This document shows positions 55,301-63,863 of a stretch of DNA of 64,000 nucleotides, in pieces. A program made the position numbers and the translations under genes. Each line of letters begins with the position of its first letter. The first letter of the stretch is position 1. The notes under the pieces are model-generated. The model was not told the DNA's origin. It made no database searches and saw only the letters and a list, made by a program, of their open reading frames with translations. The stretch covers positions 22,382,001 to 22,446,000 of the forward strand of contig CM022667.1 in the NCBI GenBank assembly GCA_012295275.1, written 5' to 3'. Source of the DNA: Chrysomallon squamiferum (taxonomy: Eukaryota; Animalia; Mollusca).

Positions 55301-58300
55301 ACTACTAGTACTACTAATAATACTATTTCTATGATGATGGTATTATATAATTATAATAATAATAATAATTATTATTATTATAGATTGATAATTATCCTAT
55401 ATTTTAAAATTATTAATTTGTAATTTTAAAAATTCTATTTGTAATTTAATCAATAAATACTGTTGTTGTGTGCTGTTGCTGTGAAATAATTAGAGAACAT
55501 TATATTTTAATTAGTGGTATCTAGGTTCAGAATTTAAATACCTTTACATTTAGAGAAATTAATGTATTTAATATTTTCAGTTTTTTGCAGAAGGTAATCT
55601 TTTCTTTTTTTACTATTTTTTTCCTACCATGTTTTATAAAACAATAATTTTATTATTAAAGCTGTGAGGAAAAGACCTCACACAGCCTCTGTTGTTGTGA
55701 ATGTTGGAGGAAATGCTACATTTGATGTAATCTTCAGTCCTGTTGCAACTCAGCGCTTCCAGGCTCATATTCGCTTAAGTGTCGTAGATAATCAGTATGA
55801 GGATTCAGTCATTCAGCTGGTTGGGGAAGGGTATGAAGATGACATCACATTGGACAAAATACACAGCATCATCGGCAGACTTGATCCAGAGACTGAGGAA
55901 GGAAGTATGGCTGATGATGATGTTGCAGGTAAGGAATAAGAAATAACATTTGCTGACATTAGGATAAGTTTCTGTTTGCTATTCAGCTGTTTCATGTTAA
56001 TGCTCAATGTAATAGGGGATATTGGGACTGAAGAAGATGGGGACCTTTGCGCCACCCCATAACTGTCTGACAGCAAAATGGTAGTGTCACATATCCCCCA
56101 TTCATGCAACTACTTTACATGTGACCGTCACTCATCAGTTAAAAAGTAAGTTTTTGACCACCTTGAATAATTTTTGGGGTTTTGTTTACAGTTTAATATA
56201 GAACTGATAATACATATTTCATAGACCTGTAAAGGTTTGTGTTTTTGTTAGATTTTCTTTTGACTTCTAAATAAAGTTTTAGTTGATCAACTATGTGGTT
56301 CTCTGGTACACTGGGCTAACAAAGTGAACCATTTTTGTGGTAGATAATTAATTACTGTATTACTTTTATTCTGGATAGACAAGGTGGCTGTATCTGCTAT
56401 AAAAAGAATGCCTAGAAATAAAGAACAGAAGACAAACAGAGGTAGATTTGATTTGGGTGTCCTTGCTAAACCTGTTGTGCAAACTATCAAAAGGCAGAAG
56501 GAATCATACAATTCAATGGCAATTTTGATGGGTTGAATTCAGTATTAGTTTGGGAATTTTGAAACGACAGCGAAACCATGGAGACTGAGTCAGTAGCATG
56601 ATATGCCCTAATCTGAGGCATCACGGACCCTGTTACATAAATTACAATGATGTTGTTGAAGGCAGCCAGTCAAACTGCATATTGTAATTGAGAGCAATAA
56701 TGCCTCTATAAGCATCAAACTTTTTCAGTCAACAACTATTAAGGTTTGGGTGAAATGACCAAGTATCTTAAAAATGGCTTATTATTAATCAGTCCCCAGT
56801 TTCCCCTTAATGTTAGTATTCTGTTTTCAACACTGCATTATTTTTATTATTAACTACTTTAGAATTAATAGACTGTATCTTTATTCTTATAAGTTATTAA
56901 TATCCAGTATCAGTTCAGTAACAATTTTTTTTTTTTTTTGCAGCTGCTAAGCCAAATTTAATCAGATTTGGAGACTGCTACATCAGTGAAACAAAGACTG
57001 TGACCTTTTCAATGACCAATCACTCTAAGACGGACTGTGTGAGATTCCAGTGGCCTGACCACGAACAAATCAGGTTCTGTCCACAAGTTGGCCATCTTCA
57101 CCCAACATGTACCAAAGACTTTTCTATAACATTTAAATCTGAGACACCTCATACTATGATTGAGTATCAGATACATTGTGCTGTTACCAAGATCATCTTT
57201 GACAAACCTCCTGACCAGGTAAGCTTTTTTTTTCATATTTAATTGCTTCATAAAGTCTGTTAATAGAATATCCACATAAAATTACCATTGTAGTCTTAAC
57301 TCATTTACCAGAACACTGTAACATGTCAGTTAAACCTGTCTGATTTCATTAATATCAAATAGATAAATACTTTAGAATTGTGAGTCTAATTATTTATTTT
57401 GTATGTAGATAAATTTTTTTTAATCTTAAACCAATCTTATTTAATTTTCTAATTAAGAACAATGTTTCATAAATAAACAGAAAATTAAGGTTCCTAAACC
57501 TGCGTGAAGAGGTATTTGAAAAGAAAAAGTAATCTTTGTAAGATTTCAGGATGTAATTCATTTTATTTTTATTTTATTTTTTCAATAATTTATGGAAAGA
57601 TTCTTTATAATTTATTGAAAAATTAACAATTTAGGAATATTTTGTATACATCTGTAAAACTACAAATGTATATTTGTTGTGCTGTGTAGGTTGTAGACTG
57701 GGATGACAGAATTAGAACAGTCAAATGGGTTGATTGCCCAGGGACACCAGTAGCCACAACTGAAACCAGGTCAGTGTCAGTAAATATATCATTTAATCTT
57801 CTAAATATATATTATAAAATGTGTCCACACTGTATTTCTCAAATCCATCACCCAGAAAATGTACAATTTGTAGAAAAATGATACTAATCATTGACATAAA
57901 TATAGCTTTTTTTGGAAAGTCTTAGATTATAATGCATTTAAAGGCTTACATATTACCAAAAAAAAAATAATATATATATATATAAATTAATATTTATTTA
58001 TTTTATTTCAAAGTGGCACAAAGTCACATTCTCCTTCACCCCAGACAATGCGGACATCAAAAAAAAAGGTTATAGAGACTGAGCCAGAGCCAGTGCACAA
58101 TGTAGTGCCAGACACAGCTCGCAGTGTTGAGCTTCTGGTGTCTGGAATTGCTGATTACTGCAAGTACAAGTGTAAAGTGGAGTCAATCCATTTCAAAGAC
58201 ACATTCATGTTTCAGACACGAATTTTCCCGTAGGTCACAATTTTTATAAATGTCATCTATTTTAATTTGTTTATTTTGGTGTTTTTTGTCATTAAAACTG

Positions 58301-59657
58301 TATATTAAATAATGTTAAAAATGTTATTTTACATTTTATTTTTTTTGTTTTAATAATTCTTCTCTGAGTGAATTAGAGTTTGAATATTTTGAATAATAAA
58401 AGGCAAGTCAAATGAAATAAAATTTAAATATCATATAATTAGAAAAAAAATGTATTATATTAAAAAGCTGAATATTTTTGTAGGATTTTTATTCATATCA
58501 TCATCATCATCGTCATCATCATTATTATTATTATTAATCTTATAATAATATATTTATTATAATTCTTCTTATTATTCTTATTCTTATTAATATTCTTATT
58601 AAAATGTTACATAACTTATTACTGTTGTTCACAGAATTATTTTAAGTAACAAAGGTCAGATACAAATGGAGTATAACTGGCAGGTAGTTATGGAAAGTTT
58701 CACTCCCACAATGCAACGTTCTGTGACTTTCATCTCTCAGGATGAGCGACCAGAATCCAGAGTGGATGTAGTTGATTCCAGTTACATCCCCTTTTCTGTA
58801 GAGCCCTCTTATGGCACTATTCAGACAGGGAAAAAGGCCACCTGTATTGTTAAGTTCTCTCCCTTGGATGTCAGTGACTATGAAGCAAGGCTGCTTTGTA
58901 GGTAAGTCAAATGATTTTAAGGCATTTTATTTTTTTAGGATTTTTGTATAGTAGAAAAAAATGAATAATATATATATATGTATTATGTATGTACATTCAT
59001 GTGAAAACTGGCCTTTCAGTAAACCCAGACTTCTGTGTAAAGTGGTGTCAGAGAATATTGGTTGCCCCCATCTCTGAGTATTTTCAGGTATAGTTTGTAT
59101 TCTATTTATGGTAATCACTGTATACAGTGTATGTCTGTTGAAACTGACTAACACTACAGCAAATAAAGATTCACAATAGCACATTTAAAATTGTCTGGGT
59201 ACATGATCATTACTCCCAGCTTGAAAAAAGGTTTAATCCATTTTTTAAAATGAAGTTGAAAACATTAATCCCTAAATCTATTGATCACTGATAATTCTTC
59301 TGTTGTCTGTAATCCTATTGTAGGCATATGCATGCCCTGTGTTTGAAACATGCATCAGTCTTTTAATTAATGTGCTAAATAACAGAGCCTCTATCAAAAT
59401 GTCAGGAGCCTCTATCAAATTTTTTCATGCAATCATTTATCATGTCATCTCATTTAATTTAATTTGTATACAAGTTTAAATAAACTGTGTTTATAGTCAA
59501 CCTGTAATTACAGTAGTAAACTATAATTTATTAATAAATATGTTGTAAATAATGGAAGTCCACTAGCCAACTGTCAACTGTGTTCATGTAATTGTTGGAC
59601 AAAATGGAGGTAAAATGTATTGACACTTTCAACTTCCAAGTGATATATTTAAAACAA

Positions 59658-59694
<37 letters not shown>

Positions 59695-62600
59695 CAAAAT
59701 GAATAAAGCTTAGAAAAAAAAAGAAAAAAAAGAAGGTGACTTAGAATTTTCAGTGGGTTAAAAGAAATGTGAAGTTTTGGACAAAAGGGTGAGTAACTTA
59801 GCCTATATCATCCCCTTGCATCCCCTTGCATGAAGACAAACAATATTAGACATTCTAAAATTAGTGATAATTATCAGCAATTCTACAAAACCAACATTTT
59901 TGCAGAGAGTAACAACTAGCAAATTCAAAAATCTGAATGGAAATTCTTAAAATTATAAAACAAATAACACCAATTAAAACAACAATTGTTAATCATGGAG
60001 GCATGACAGAGGAACTTGCTTTGGGGAGATATATTAAAAAGGTGAAGTCATCAGTGGCAGACTATTTCTCAGCTGACATTTGATAGACGTTTTAATGTTT
60101 ATAAACCAGCACTCAGTCTAAAACAGCCTGTTTCTTTGGTCCCAGGTGAATTCCGTTTTGATAGAGACCACTTTGTGTGCATGTGAGTGTGTGTGTGTCA
60201 GTGGTGTTCATTATTTAATTACAAAGATTTGACTTTGAGTAATTTAACATTCAAATTCCAGCTCAGATAATCCATGTTAACATTTTAAATTTTGTATGTA
60301 TAATTTACTTTAATATAATCAGTTTGGTAACCTGATAAAATGTACAGATATTGTGTTTTATCATAGATGTTGTATGTAGATGTTGTTTTATAAATATGTG
60401 TTTGTGTATGTGTCAAAGTTGTTTATTATGCCAGAATCCTCATTTAAACAAGCAGTGCATGAAAAGAAATACAAATGAGAAATGGCTTTTGAATTTTTTT
60501 TCCAAAAAAATAATAAATCATTATAAATTTCTTATAAAATAATACATATATTAAATTTGTGATTTAACAAATCTGCTTTAATGTTGGGTGAAAATATAAA
60601 CTGATTAATTTCAAATATATTGTGATATGAACTTAAAAAACCAAAATATTTATTATTTTCTAATATCATTCAGCATCCCTAACCTAGAAGAGGCTGACCA
60701 GGGTCCAGTTGTTGGCATAAAAGCCTGTAGTCTGATGCCATACTGTCACTTTGAGCTGGAGGACTCTGACTATATCACAGGAGCTCGTAGGAACCCTGAA
60801 CTCAGAGGACCTGGGGGTGCTCCACCAGGATCAACCCTTGACCCCAATACTCGTGTTTTAGAGTTCAGCTGTGTTGGTATTTCTGTTAGGACTGTAAGGT
60901 AAAAATATATATTTATTTATCTTGACTATTTCCTCCAGTTAAATGTATATCAAACTTTTACTTGTCTTTACCTTTGTTTTGATAAATAACCTGATTACAA
61001 CTCAGTTATAAATGAAAATTGTTCTGAGCCAAATCAAAATAAATAATTTTGAGGAATTTGAATGTGCCATTTTTGTTAGATTTCAATTATTTTTTGAAAG
61101 CTATGTCTTTGTCAGGTTATGCATATAACTTCTAAATTTTTAAAGAAATGTTAAGATATCACAAACAGAATATTAATGACTAAGAATTAATCCATTATAT
61201 AATCATTTTATTCTGTCATAATAACGGTAATTGTCATGCTTAATTCTGTTTAGTTAATAATAAGGACTTCATATTACAGTATAAAAAATCACTTATTTTT
61301 GGTTTCAAATATTTTAGGGAATTTGGTATTGTGAATCCTACAAATCAGGTTTACAAGTTTGAATGGATTTGTCTTGATGAAATGGATCCCAAGTCTCTTT
61401 CAAGTTTCCAGTGCCTCCATCCTAAAGGAGAAATCAAAAGTGGCAGAAAGTTCAGGGTAAAATAAAAATAAGCCTTTTTTAACCATTATTGTATAAACAC
61501 TCTTTGATAATGCACACAGTTAGAAGAAGTGTTTATGTTATACTTATTTTAAAGTCTGGAAATTACTATATCAAATTTTACAACAATCCTCTTTACCCCA
61601 TTTGTTTTTGAAATTCATATTTAAATAAATATATAGAATTAACTTTTTTAAATTTTTGCTAGGCTGCTTTTGAGTTTGTCTCTAGCAAGACTGAGCTGGT
61701 TGAGTCATTCTGGGAATTTGTGATTCTGGAACAAAACATAAAAGTTCCATTCCTCCTAGTAGGAAACATGAGTGAACCAAAGGTAATGCTGGACAGATCT
61801 CATCTGAGTTTTAAACCACTTCTGATAGGCAGACAGACAACAGAGACTGTGTACCTCATTAACAAAGAGATGATTCCATTCAATTTCTCGTTTGTTGAAG
61901 ATTCTTGTCATGCTGAGGGATACTCCACACACATCAATGTTGATCCCATGTTTGGGACACTGGAACCTCAGTCAAAGTAAGAATATAGAAGTCTTATCAC
62001 TATAATATAGATTTATTTATAACAATTGGTATGTAGATTTTACTAATCTTAATTTTAAATATGAAGTTAGTTTTACAGAACAAAGAGTAAAAGGATTTAT
62101 TAAAATAATTATTGTTATTGTGAAGAATAAATAAGGCAGCCAATAAAAAGTTAAATTTGAAGATTACTACAGCAAAGGTTTAAAAAAAATAATAATACAG
62201 TGCATTGCAAATTCAACTAATCACAAACTTCAGGTTAATTAATTCACAAAATCGATTTAAAAGCATTGCTAACAAAAAAAATAAAAATAAAAATAAAAAA
62301 TAAAATAAAATAAAATAAATTCAATAAATAAATAAAATTTAAAAAAGTTCATCAATCTAAATCCTTCACACAAATGCCTGTTTGATACAATTATACTTCA
62401 GTTCACAACTCTTACTGCATTAATATATTATATATAACTTATAATCTATAGATAGTACACAAATTTTACTTTTTAAATCATTTACACAAAGTTCATAAAC
62501 TGTTTAAATAGTCAACAAATTTTGCTATTTAAAAACTTTACATAAAATTTATATAATTAATTCAGTTTTTAAATACAATTTTTTTTTTCAAATATAAGGA

Positions 62601-63484
62601 TTTCTCTGTTCAAAAGTAGTGATCAACAGTGTACAAAGATTTTTTTACAAGATTTGTTTGTTATAAAAATGTTGATTTTTCCCTCTTTGTCAATTAGACT
62701 TGCTGTGAATTTGTTGTTTTCTCCAAACACTGAGAAGGAAGTGAATTTCAACCTTATTTGTACAATAAAGAAGAAATTCCACCCACTCATCTTGAATGTC
62801 AAGGCTGAGGGCTACTCGATGAACTCTGCTGTGTTCTGTGAGGATGCCTTGGGAAGAAGTACTGAACTGACAGATCAGGGCATCAATGAGATCAACTTTG
62901 GAGAGGTATCTATTTCAATTTCATTATTTAATTTTTTTCAGCTGTTTATAATATTATTGTTTTATGTTCTGATTTATTATGAAACCTGAATCAGTAAAAA
63001 TCAGATAATCTCTCTGTTTAGAAAAATGGTATTTGATTTCTGTTAACATAATAGTTTTAAAATAAATTCAGAAGATATTTTACAGTCATCAATACAAAAC
63101 TGAACTTAATGACATTGGATAAAATGATAAACAGATGTTCACTTTTTAATAATATATGTGTCTCTATTTCAAATTTCTTATTGTTAAAAAAGAAAAGAAA
63201 AGAAAAGAAATGTAAATAAAATAAAAATTAATATAAAACTAATTATTTTAAAATTATTTCAGGTTGAAATTAATGAAGAAGCCATTAGGAACATGTTTGT
63301 GATAAATTCTGGCAAGTTTAACTTTGACTTCAAGTGGGAGTTGTCAGAACATTACAAAAAGAAGGGAGTCGTTACCATTGAGCCAGGTGATGGTGGAGTA
63401 ATGCATGGAGAAAAACAGAAGTGCAAACTTTCATTTTGTCCACCAAACCAGCTTTCTCTTAAAGGCTGTGAACTCAACTTGAAA
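13254..63484 (+). CDS. HYDIN: HYDIN axonemal central-pair protein (ASH/Ig-like repeats, adenylate-kinase-like region); 72 coding exons, 13074 nt = 4358 codons, 3'-truncated by window end
   Basis: Spliced translation is collinear with vertebrate HYDIN as I recall it ([80 protein letters not shown]). Splice phases are consistent across all 71 introns (70 GT-AG, 1 GC-AG). Confidence 0.97.
14045..14170 (+). CDS. HYDIN: HYDIN exon 2
   Basis: MTPSKFL...[12 protein letters not shown]. Confidence 0.92.
14575..14694 (+). CDS. HYDIN: HYDIN exon 3
   Basis: [18 protein letters not shown]...PLVLRNNDK. Confidence 0.93.
14956..15090 (+). CDS. HYDIN: HYDIN exon 4
   Basis: [15 protein letters not shown]...FTPEENK. 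Confidence 0.93.
15473..15672 (+). CDS. HYDIN: HYDIN exon 5
   Basis: [32 protein letters not shown]. Confidence 0.93.
16036..16160 (+). CDS. HYDIN: HYDIN exon 6
   Basis: [11 protein letters not shown]...LHYDT. Confidence 0.92.
16299..16500 (+). CDS. HYDIN: HYDIN exon 7
   Basis: [22 protein letters not shown]. Confidence 0.92.
16642..17085. repeat. Unclassified CA-associated interspersed repeat, copy 1 (intron 7)
   Basis: Clear alignment to 27500-28016 (GCTGTGACAGCAA, AAGTTGACGCTT, CATACTCACTATTAGATGTGGCTT); CpG-rich relative to flanks. Confidence 0.85.
17480..17606 (+). CDS. HYDIN: HYDIN exon 8
   Basis: QQLDLEKEE...[15 protein letters not shown]. Confidence 0.91.
17880..18379 (+). CDS. 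HYDIN: HYDIN exon 9
   Basis: VVENDKHLF...[19 protein letters not shown]. Confidence 0.94.
18846..18913 (+). CDS. HYDIN: HYDIN exon 10
   Basis: [22 protein letters not shown]. Confidence 0.92.
19303..19633 (+). CDS. HYDIN: HYDIN exon 11
   Basis: [27 protein letters not shown]. Confidence 0.93.
20050..20239 (+). CDS. HYDIN: HYDIN exon 12
   Basis: [24 protein letters not shown]. Confidence 0.92.
20805..20921 (+). CDS. HYDIN: HYDIN exon 13
   Basis: [18 protein letters not shown]. Confidence 0.9.
21392..21544 (+). CDS. HYDIN: HYDIN exon 14
   Basis: [15 protein letters not shown]. Confidence 0.92.
21829..21932 (+). CDS. HYDIN: HYDIN exon 15
   Basis: [16 protein letters not shown]. Confidence 0.91.
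22079..22213 (+). CDS. HYDIN: HYDIN exon 16
   Basis: [12 protein letters not shown]...LDLGPNF. Confidence 0.92.
22504..22645 (+). CDS. HYDIN: HYDIN exon 17
   Basis: [26 protein letters not shown]. Confidence 0.91.
23090..23202 (+). CDS. HYDIN: HYDIN exon 18
   Basis: [22 protein letters not shown]. Confidence 0.91.
23443..23593 (+). CDS. HYDIN: HYDIN exon 19
   Basis: [15 protein letters not shown]. Confidence 0.92.
24589..24726 (+). CDS. HYDIN: HYDIN exon 20
   Basis: [23 protein letters not shown]. Confidence 0.9.
25166..25294 (+). CDS. HYDIN: HYDIN exon 21
   Basis: [18 protein letters not shown]...YKEHPHI; AAG acceptor. Confidence 0.88.
25709..26053 (+). CDS. HYDIN: HYDIN exon 22
   Basis: [16 protein letters not shown]...FGCILNDTE; 3' end has alternative in-phase donors. 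Confidence 0.88.
26275..26373 (+). CDS. HYDIN: HYDIN exon 23 (acidic, phase 0-0)
   Basis: VDEEKIDG...NEIEK; CAG acceptor, GTAAGT donor. Confidence 0.8.
26612..26788 (+). CDS. HYDIN: HYDIN exon 24
   Basis: GQLDMEQEK...PIGIEE. Confidence 0.88.
27176..27385 (+). CDS. HYDIN: HYDIN exon 25
   Basis: [14 protein letters not shown]...[10 protein letters not shown]. Confidence 0.93.
27425..28016. repeat. Unclassified CA-associated interspersed repeat, copy 2 (intron 25), with internal 3' duplication
   Basis: Homologous to 16642-17085; segment 27814-27915 repeated at about 27919-28016. Confidence 0.85.
28264..28401 (+). CDS. HYDIN: HYDIN exon 26
   Basis: [20 protein letters not shown]. Confidence 0.92.
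29011..29268 (+). CDS. HYDIN: HYDIN exon 27
   Basis: [21 protein letters not shown]. Confidence 0.91.
29843..30033 (+). CDS. HYDIN: HYDIN exon 28
   Basis: [17 protein letters not shown]. Confidence 0.89.
30254..30527 (+). CDS. HYDIN: HYDIN exon 29
   Basis: [16 protein letters not shown]. Confidence 0.93.
30945..31139 (+). CDS. HYDIN: HYDIN exon 30
   Basis: [18 protein letters not shown]. Confidence 0.92.
31470..31616 (+). CDS. HYDIN: HYDIN exon 31
   Basis: [12 protein letters not shown]...[10 protein letters not shown]. Confidence 0.92.
32137..32376 (+). CDS. HYDIN: HYDIN exon 32
   Basis: [14 protein letters not shown]...[10 protein letters not shown]. Confidence 0.93.
32748..32850 (+). 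CDS. HYDIN: HYDIN exon 33
   Basis: [26 protein letters not shown]. Confidence 0.92.
33395..33493 (+). CDS. HYDIN: HYDIN exon 34
   Basis: [10 protein letters not shown]; phase 1-1. Confidence 0.85.
33752..33904 (+). CDS. HYDIN: HYDIN exon 35
   Basis: [10 protein letters not shown]; phase 1-1. Confidence 0.83.
34336..34497 (+). CDS. HYDIN: HYDIN exon 36
   Basis: [19 protein letters not shown]...IIVHGAPMS. Confidence 0.92.
34566..34700. repeat. (TAT)n then (AGT)n microsatellite
   Basis: Direct reading. Confidence 0.9.
34842..35087 (+). CDS. HYDIN: HYDIN exon 37
   Basis: (G)[12 protein letters not shown]... Confidence 0.91.
35403..35545 (+). CDS. HYDIN: HYDIN exon 38
   Basis: [10 protein letters not shown]...GGTGSQ; phase required. 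Confidence 0.86.
35963..36103 (+). CDS. HYDIN: HYDIN exon 39
   Basis: VPSSPPP...[15 protein letters not shown]. Confidence 0.92.
36280..36428. repeat. About 140-bp intronic repeat, copy 1
   Basis: Matches 60222-60361 (GAGTAATTTAAC..CAGATAAT.CATGTTA..AACCTGATAAAATGTACAGATATTGTGTTTT). Confidence 0.85.
36438..36497. repeat. (CA)12-GA-(TG)17 fold-back microsatellite
   Basis: Direct reading. Confidence 0.95.
36531..36714 (+). CDS. HYDIN: HYDIN exon 40
   Basis: [17 protein letters not shown]. Confidence 0.92.
37328..37469 (+). CDS. HYDIN: HYDIN exon 41
   Basis: QLAKQAEE...MSEDEYDAL. Confidence 0.9.
37691..37771 (+). CDS. HYDIN: HYDIN exon 42
   Basis: [14 protein letters not shown]; phase 2-2. 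Confidence 0.87.
38096..38332 (+). CDS. HYDIN: HYDIN exon 43
   Basis: [11 protein letters not shown]...ERPESH. Confidence 0.87.
39111..39397 (+). CDS. HYDIN: HYDIN exon 44
   Basis: RKKSTKD...[10 protein letters not shown]...LEFWDR. Confidence 0.89.
39664..39746 (+). CDS. HYDIN: HYDIN exon 45
   Basis: KHDKEKEKE...KAAKE. Confidence 0.87.
40029..40196 (+). CDS. HYDIN: HYDIN exon 46
   Basis: AAMAAAMQ...GIGIPHL...GRLPTVEQ; acceptor position less certain. Confidence 0.83.
40467..40618 (+). CDS. HYDIN: HYDIN exon 47
   Basis: [17 protein letters not shown]. Confidence 0.92.
40990..41230 (+). mobile_element. Tigger-like HTH remnant in HYDIN intron 47
   Basis: NLNQKQ(fs)[20 protein letters not shown] resembles the CENP-B/psq HTH A..FGI..STV..ILK.K; no TIRs recognised. 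Confidence 0.45.
41264..41560. repeat. Compound (TG)/(TA)/(TATG)/(TACA)/(CA) microsatellite
   Basis: Direct reading. Confidence 0.9.
41583..41840 (+). CDS. HYDIN: HYDIN exon 48
   Basis: NVGVEEK...[11 protein letters not shown]. Confidence 0.88.
42187..42231 (+). CDS. HYDIN: HYDIN exon 49 (45 nt, phase 2-2)
   Basis: [14 protein letters not shown]; GCAG acceptor, GTAAGT donor. Confidence 0.78.
42723..42738. promoter_or_regulatory. Perfect RFX X-box palindrome TGTTGCCATGGCAACA in HYDIN intron 49
   Basis: Exact match to the canonical RFX site GTTGCCATGGCAAC, in a motile-cilia gene. Confidence 0.6.
45154..45336 (+). CDS. HYDIN: HYDIN exon 50 (GC donor)
   Basis: [14 protein letters not shown]...[20 protein letters not shown]. 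Confidence 0.92.
46544..46663 (+). CDS. HYDIN: HYDIN exon 51
   Basis: IVFPQRKK...[13 protein letters not shown]. Confidence 0.92.
46998..47330 (+). CDS. HYDIN: HYDIN exon 52
   Basis: YREGRYPEN...LHFDRVLLH. Confidence 0.93.
47623..47824 (+). CDS. HYDIN: HYDIN exon 53
   Basis: [18 protein letters not shown]. Confidence 0.92.
48110..48209 (+). CDS. HYDIN: HYDIN exon 54
   Basis: VFDAENIIG...[14 protein letters not shown]. Confidence 0.92.
48407..48506 (+). CDS. HYDIN: HYDIN exon 55
   Basis: [12 protein letters not shown]...LKNKGKYEI. Confidence 0.92.
48907..48969. repeat. (AAT)n microsatellite
   Basis: Direct reading. Confidence 0.95.
49036..49287 (+). CDS. HYDIN: HYDIN exon 56
   Basis: FLFENADP...[15 protein letters not shown]. 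Confidence 0.92.
49438..49512. repeat. (GT)n microsatellite
   Basis: Direct reading. Confidence 0.95.
49920..50090 (+). CDS. HYDIN: HYDIN exon 57
   Basis: [12 protein letters not shown]...IENKGEFDF. Confidence 0.91.
51316..51405 (+). CDS. HYDIN: HYDIN exon 58
   Basis: [19 protein letters not shown]; phase 2-2. Confidence 0.84.
52046..52187 (+). CDS. HYDIN: HYDIN exon 59
   Basis: [22 protein letters not shown]. Confidence 0.91.
52584..53015 (+). CDS. HYDIN: HYDIN exon 60
   Basis: DISIEITDR...AKARFKISN...TFTPPSMQ. Confidence 0.92.
53297..54028 (+). mobile_element. Internally deleted Tigger/pogo (Tc1-mariner) DNA transposon in HYDIN intron 60
   Basis: 23-bp TIRs (TAGTGGTACCTTGACTTATGAGT at 53297 vs reverse complement CAGTGGTACCTTGATTTATGAGT ending 54028), TA on the right. 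From ATG 53543: [12 protein letters not shown](fs)[36 protein letters not shown], a CENP-B/psq HTH. Confidence 0.88.
54169..54402 (+). CDS. HYDIN: HYDIN exon 61
   Basis: [10 protein letters not shown]...GEGNLPRI. Confidence 0.91.
55132..55228 (+). CDS. HYDIN: HYDIN exon 62
   Basis: [16 protein letters not shown]. Confidence 0.9.
55662..55928 (+). CDS. HYDIN: HYDIN exon 63
   Basis: VRKRPHTAS...[13 protein letters not shown]. Confidence 0.91.
56013..56809 (+). mobile_element. Non-autonomous pogo-like TIR element in HYDIN intron 63
   Basis: Imperfect TIRs TAGGGGATATTGGGACTGA vs reverse complement TAAGGGGAAACTGGGGACTGA; short ORF 56408-56536 [12 protein letters not shown].. resembles N-termini of psq-HTH transposases. 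Confidence 0.55.
56944..57218 (+). CDS. HYDIN: HYDIN exon 64
   Basis: [12 protein letters not shown]...PQVGHLH. Confidence 0.92.
57690..57769 (+). CDS. HYDIN: HYDIN exon 65
   Basis: [15 protein letters not shown]. Confidence 0.92.
58014..58229 (+). CDS. HYDIN: HYDIN exon 66
   Basis: GTKSHSP...[10 protein letters not shown]...[10 protein letters not shown]. Confidence 0.89.
58635..58901 (+). CDS. HYDIN: HYDIN exon 67
   Basis: [15 protein letters not shown]...VKFSPLDV. Confidence 0.92.
60222..60361. repeat. About 140-bp intronic repeat, copy 2
   Basis: Matches 36280-36428. Confidence 0.85.
60674..60898 (+). CDS. HYDIN: HYDIN exon 68
   Basis: IPNLEE...[24 protein letters not shown]. Confidence 0.93.
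61318..61456 (+). CDS. HYDIN: HYDIN exon 69
   Basis: [16 protein letters not shown]. Confidence 0.91.
61663..61976 (+). CDS. HYDIN: HYDIN exon 70
   Basis: AAFEFVSS...ESFWEF...VPFLLVG. Confidence 0.92.
62698..62905 (+). CDS. HYDIN: HYDIN exon 71
   Basis: LAVNLLFSP...LNVKAEGY. Confidence 0.92.
63263..63484 (+). CDS. HYDIN: HYDIN exon 72 (last in window)
   Basis: [23 protein letters not shown]; GTGAGT donor, no stop. Confidence 0.91.
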
Positions 63485-63863
63485 GTGAGTAAATGTTTAA
63501 TTTTACAACTGCCTTTTCTTTATTTATATTTATTGTTTTCTTGGGTTGATTTAGGGATTTTGTTTTTCAATTGTCTGTTATTTTATTTTATTTTTAAATT
63601 TCTTGCTATCATTTTATTTTTGGAGATTTTTGTTTTTACACTCATAGATAGTGATTAATTTTAAACATCTCAACACAAAAATATAAACAAAAATTAAATT
63701 TTTTATATAACATGATGAATGTGGATGGTTAACTTGTAAAATATAACTTATCTTGAAATCAATATTAGGGCAAGATGAAACTCAAATGAATTTTTGAATT
63801 TGCAGGAGATCCATTAAATATTTTGTTTTGGAAGTGTTTTAAAATTCACATTTTTGCAGTACA

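Noticed and set aside
59120-60175. Possible Tc1/mariner-like relic in intron 67 (CTCTATCAAAA motifs, GGTCCC..CCGTTTT end)
   Set aside because: I could not pair convincing TIRs or read a transposase fragment.
13254-63484. U12-type introns or HYDIN pseudogenisation
   Set aside because: No GTATCCTT or ATATCC donors at traced junctions, and the spliced frame stays open through all 72 exons.
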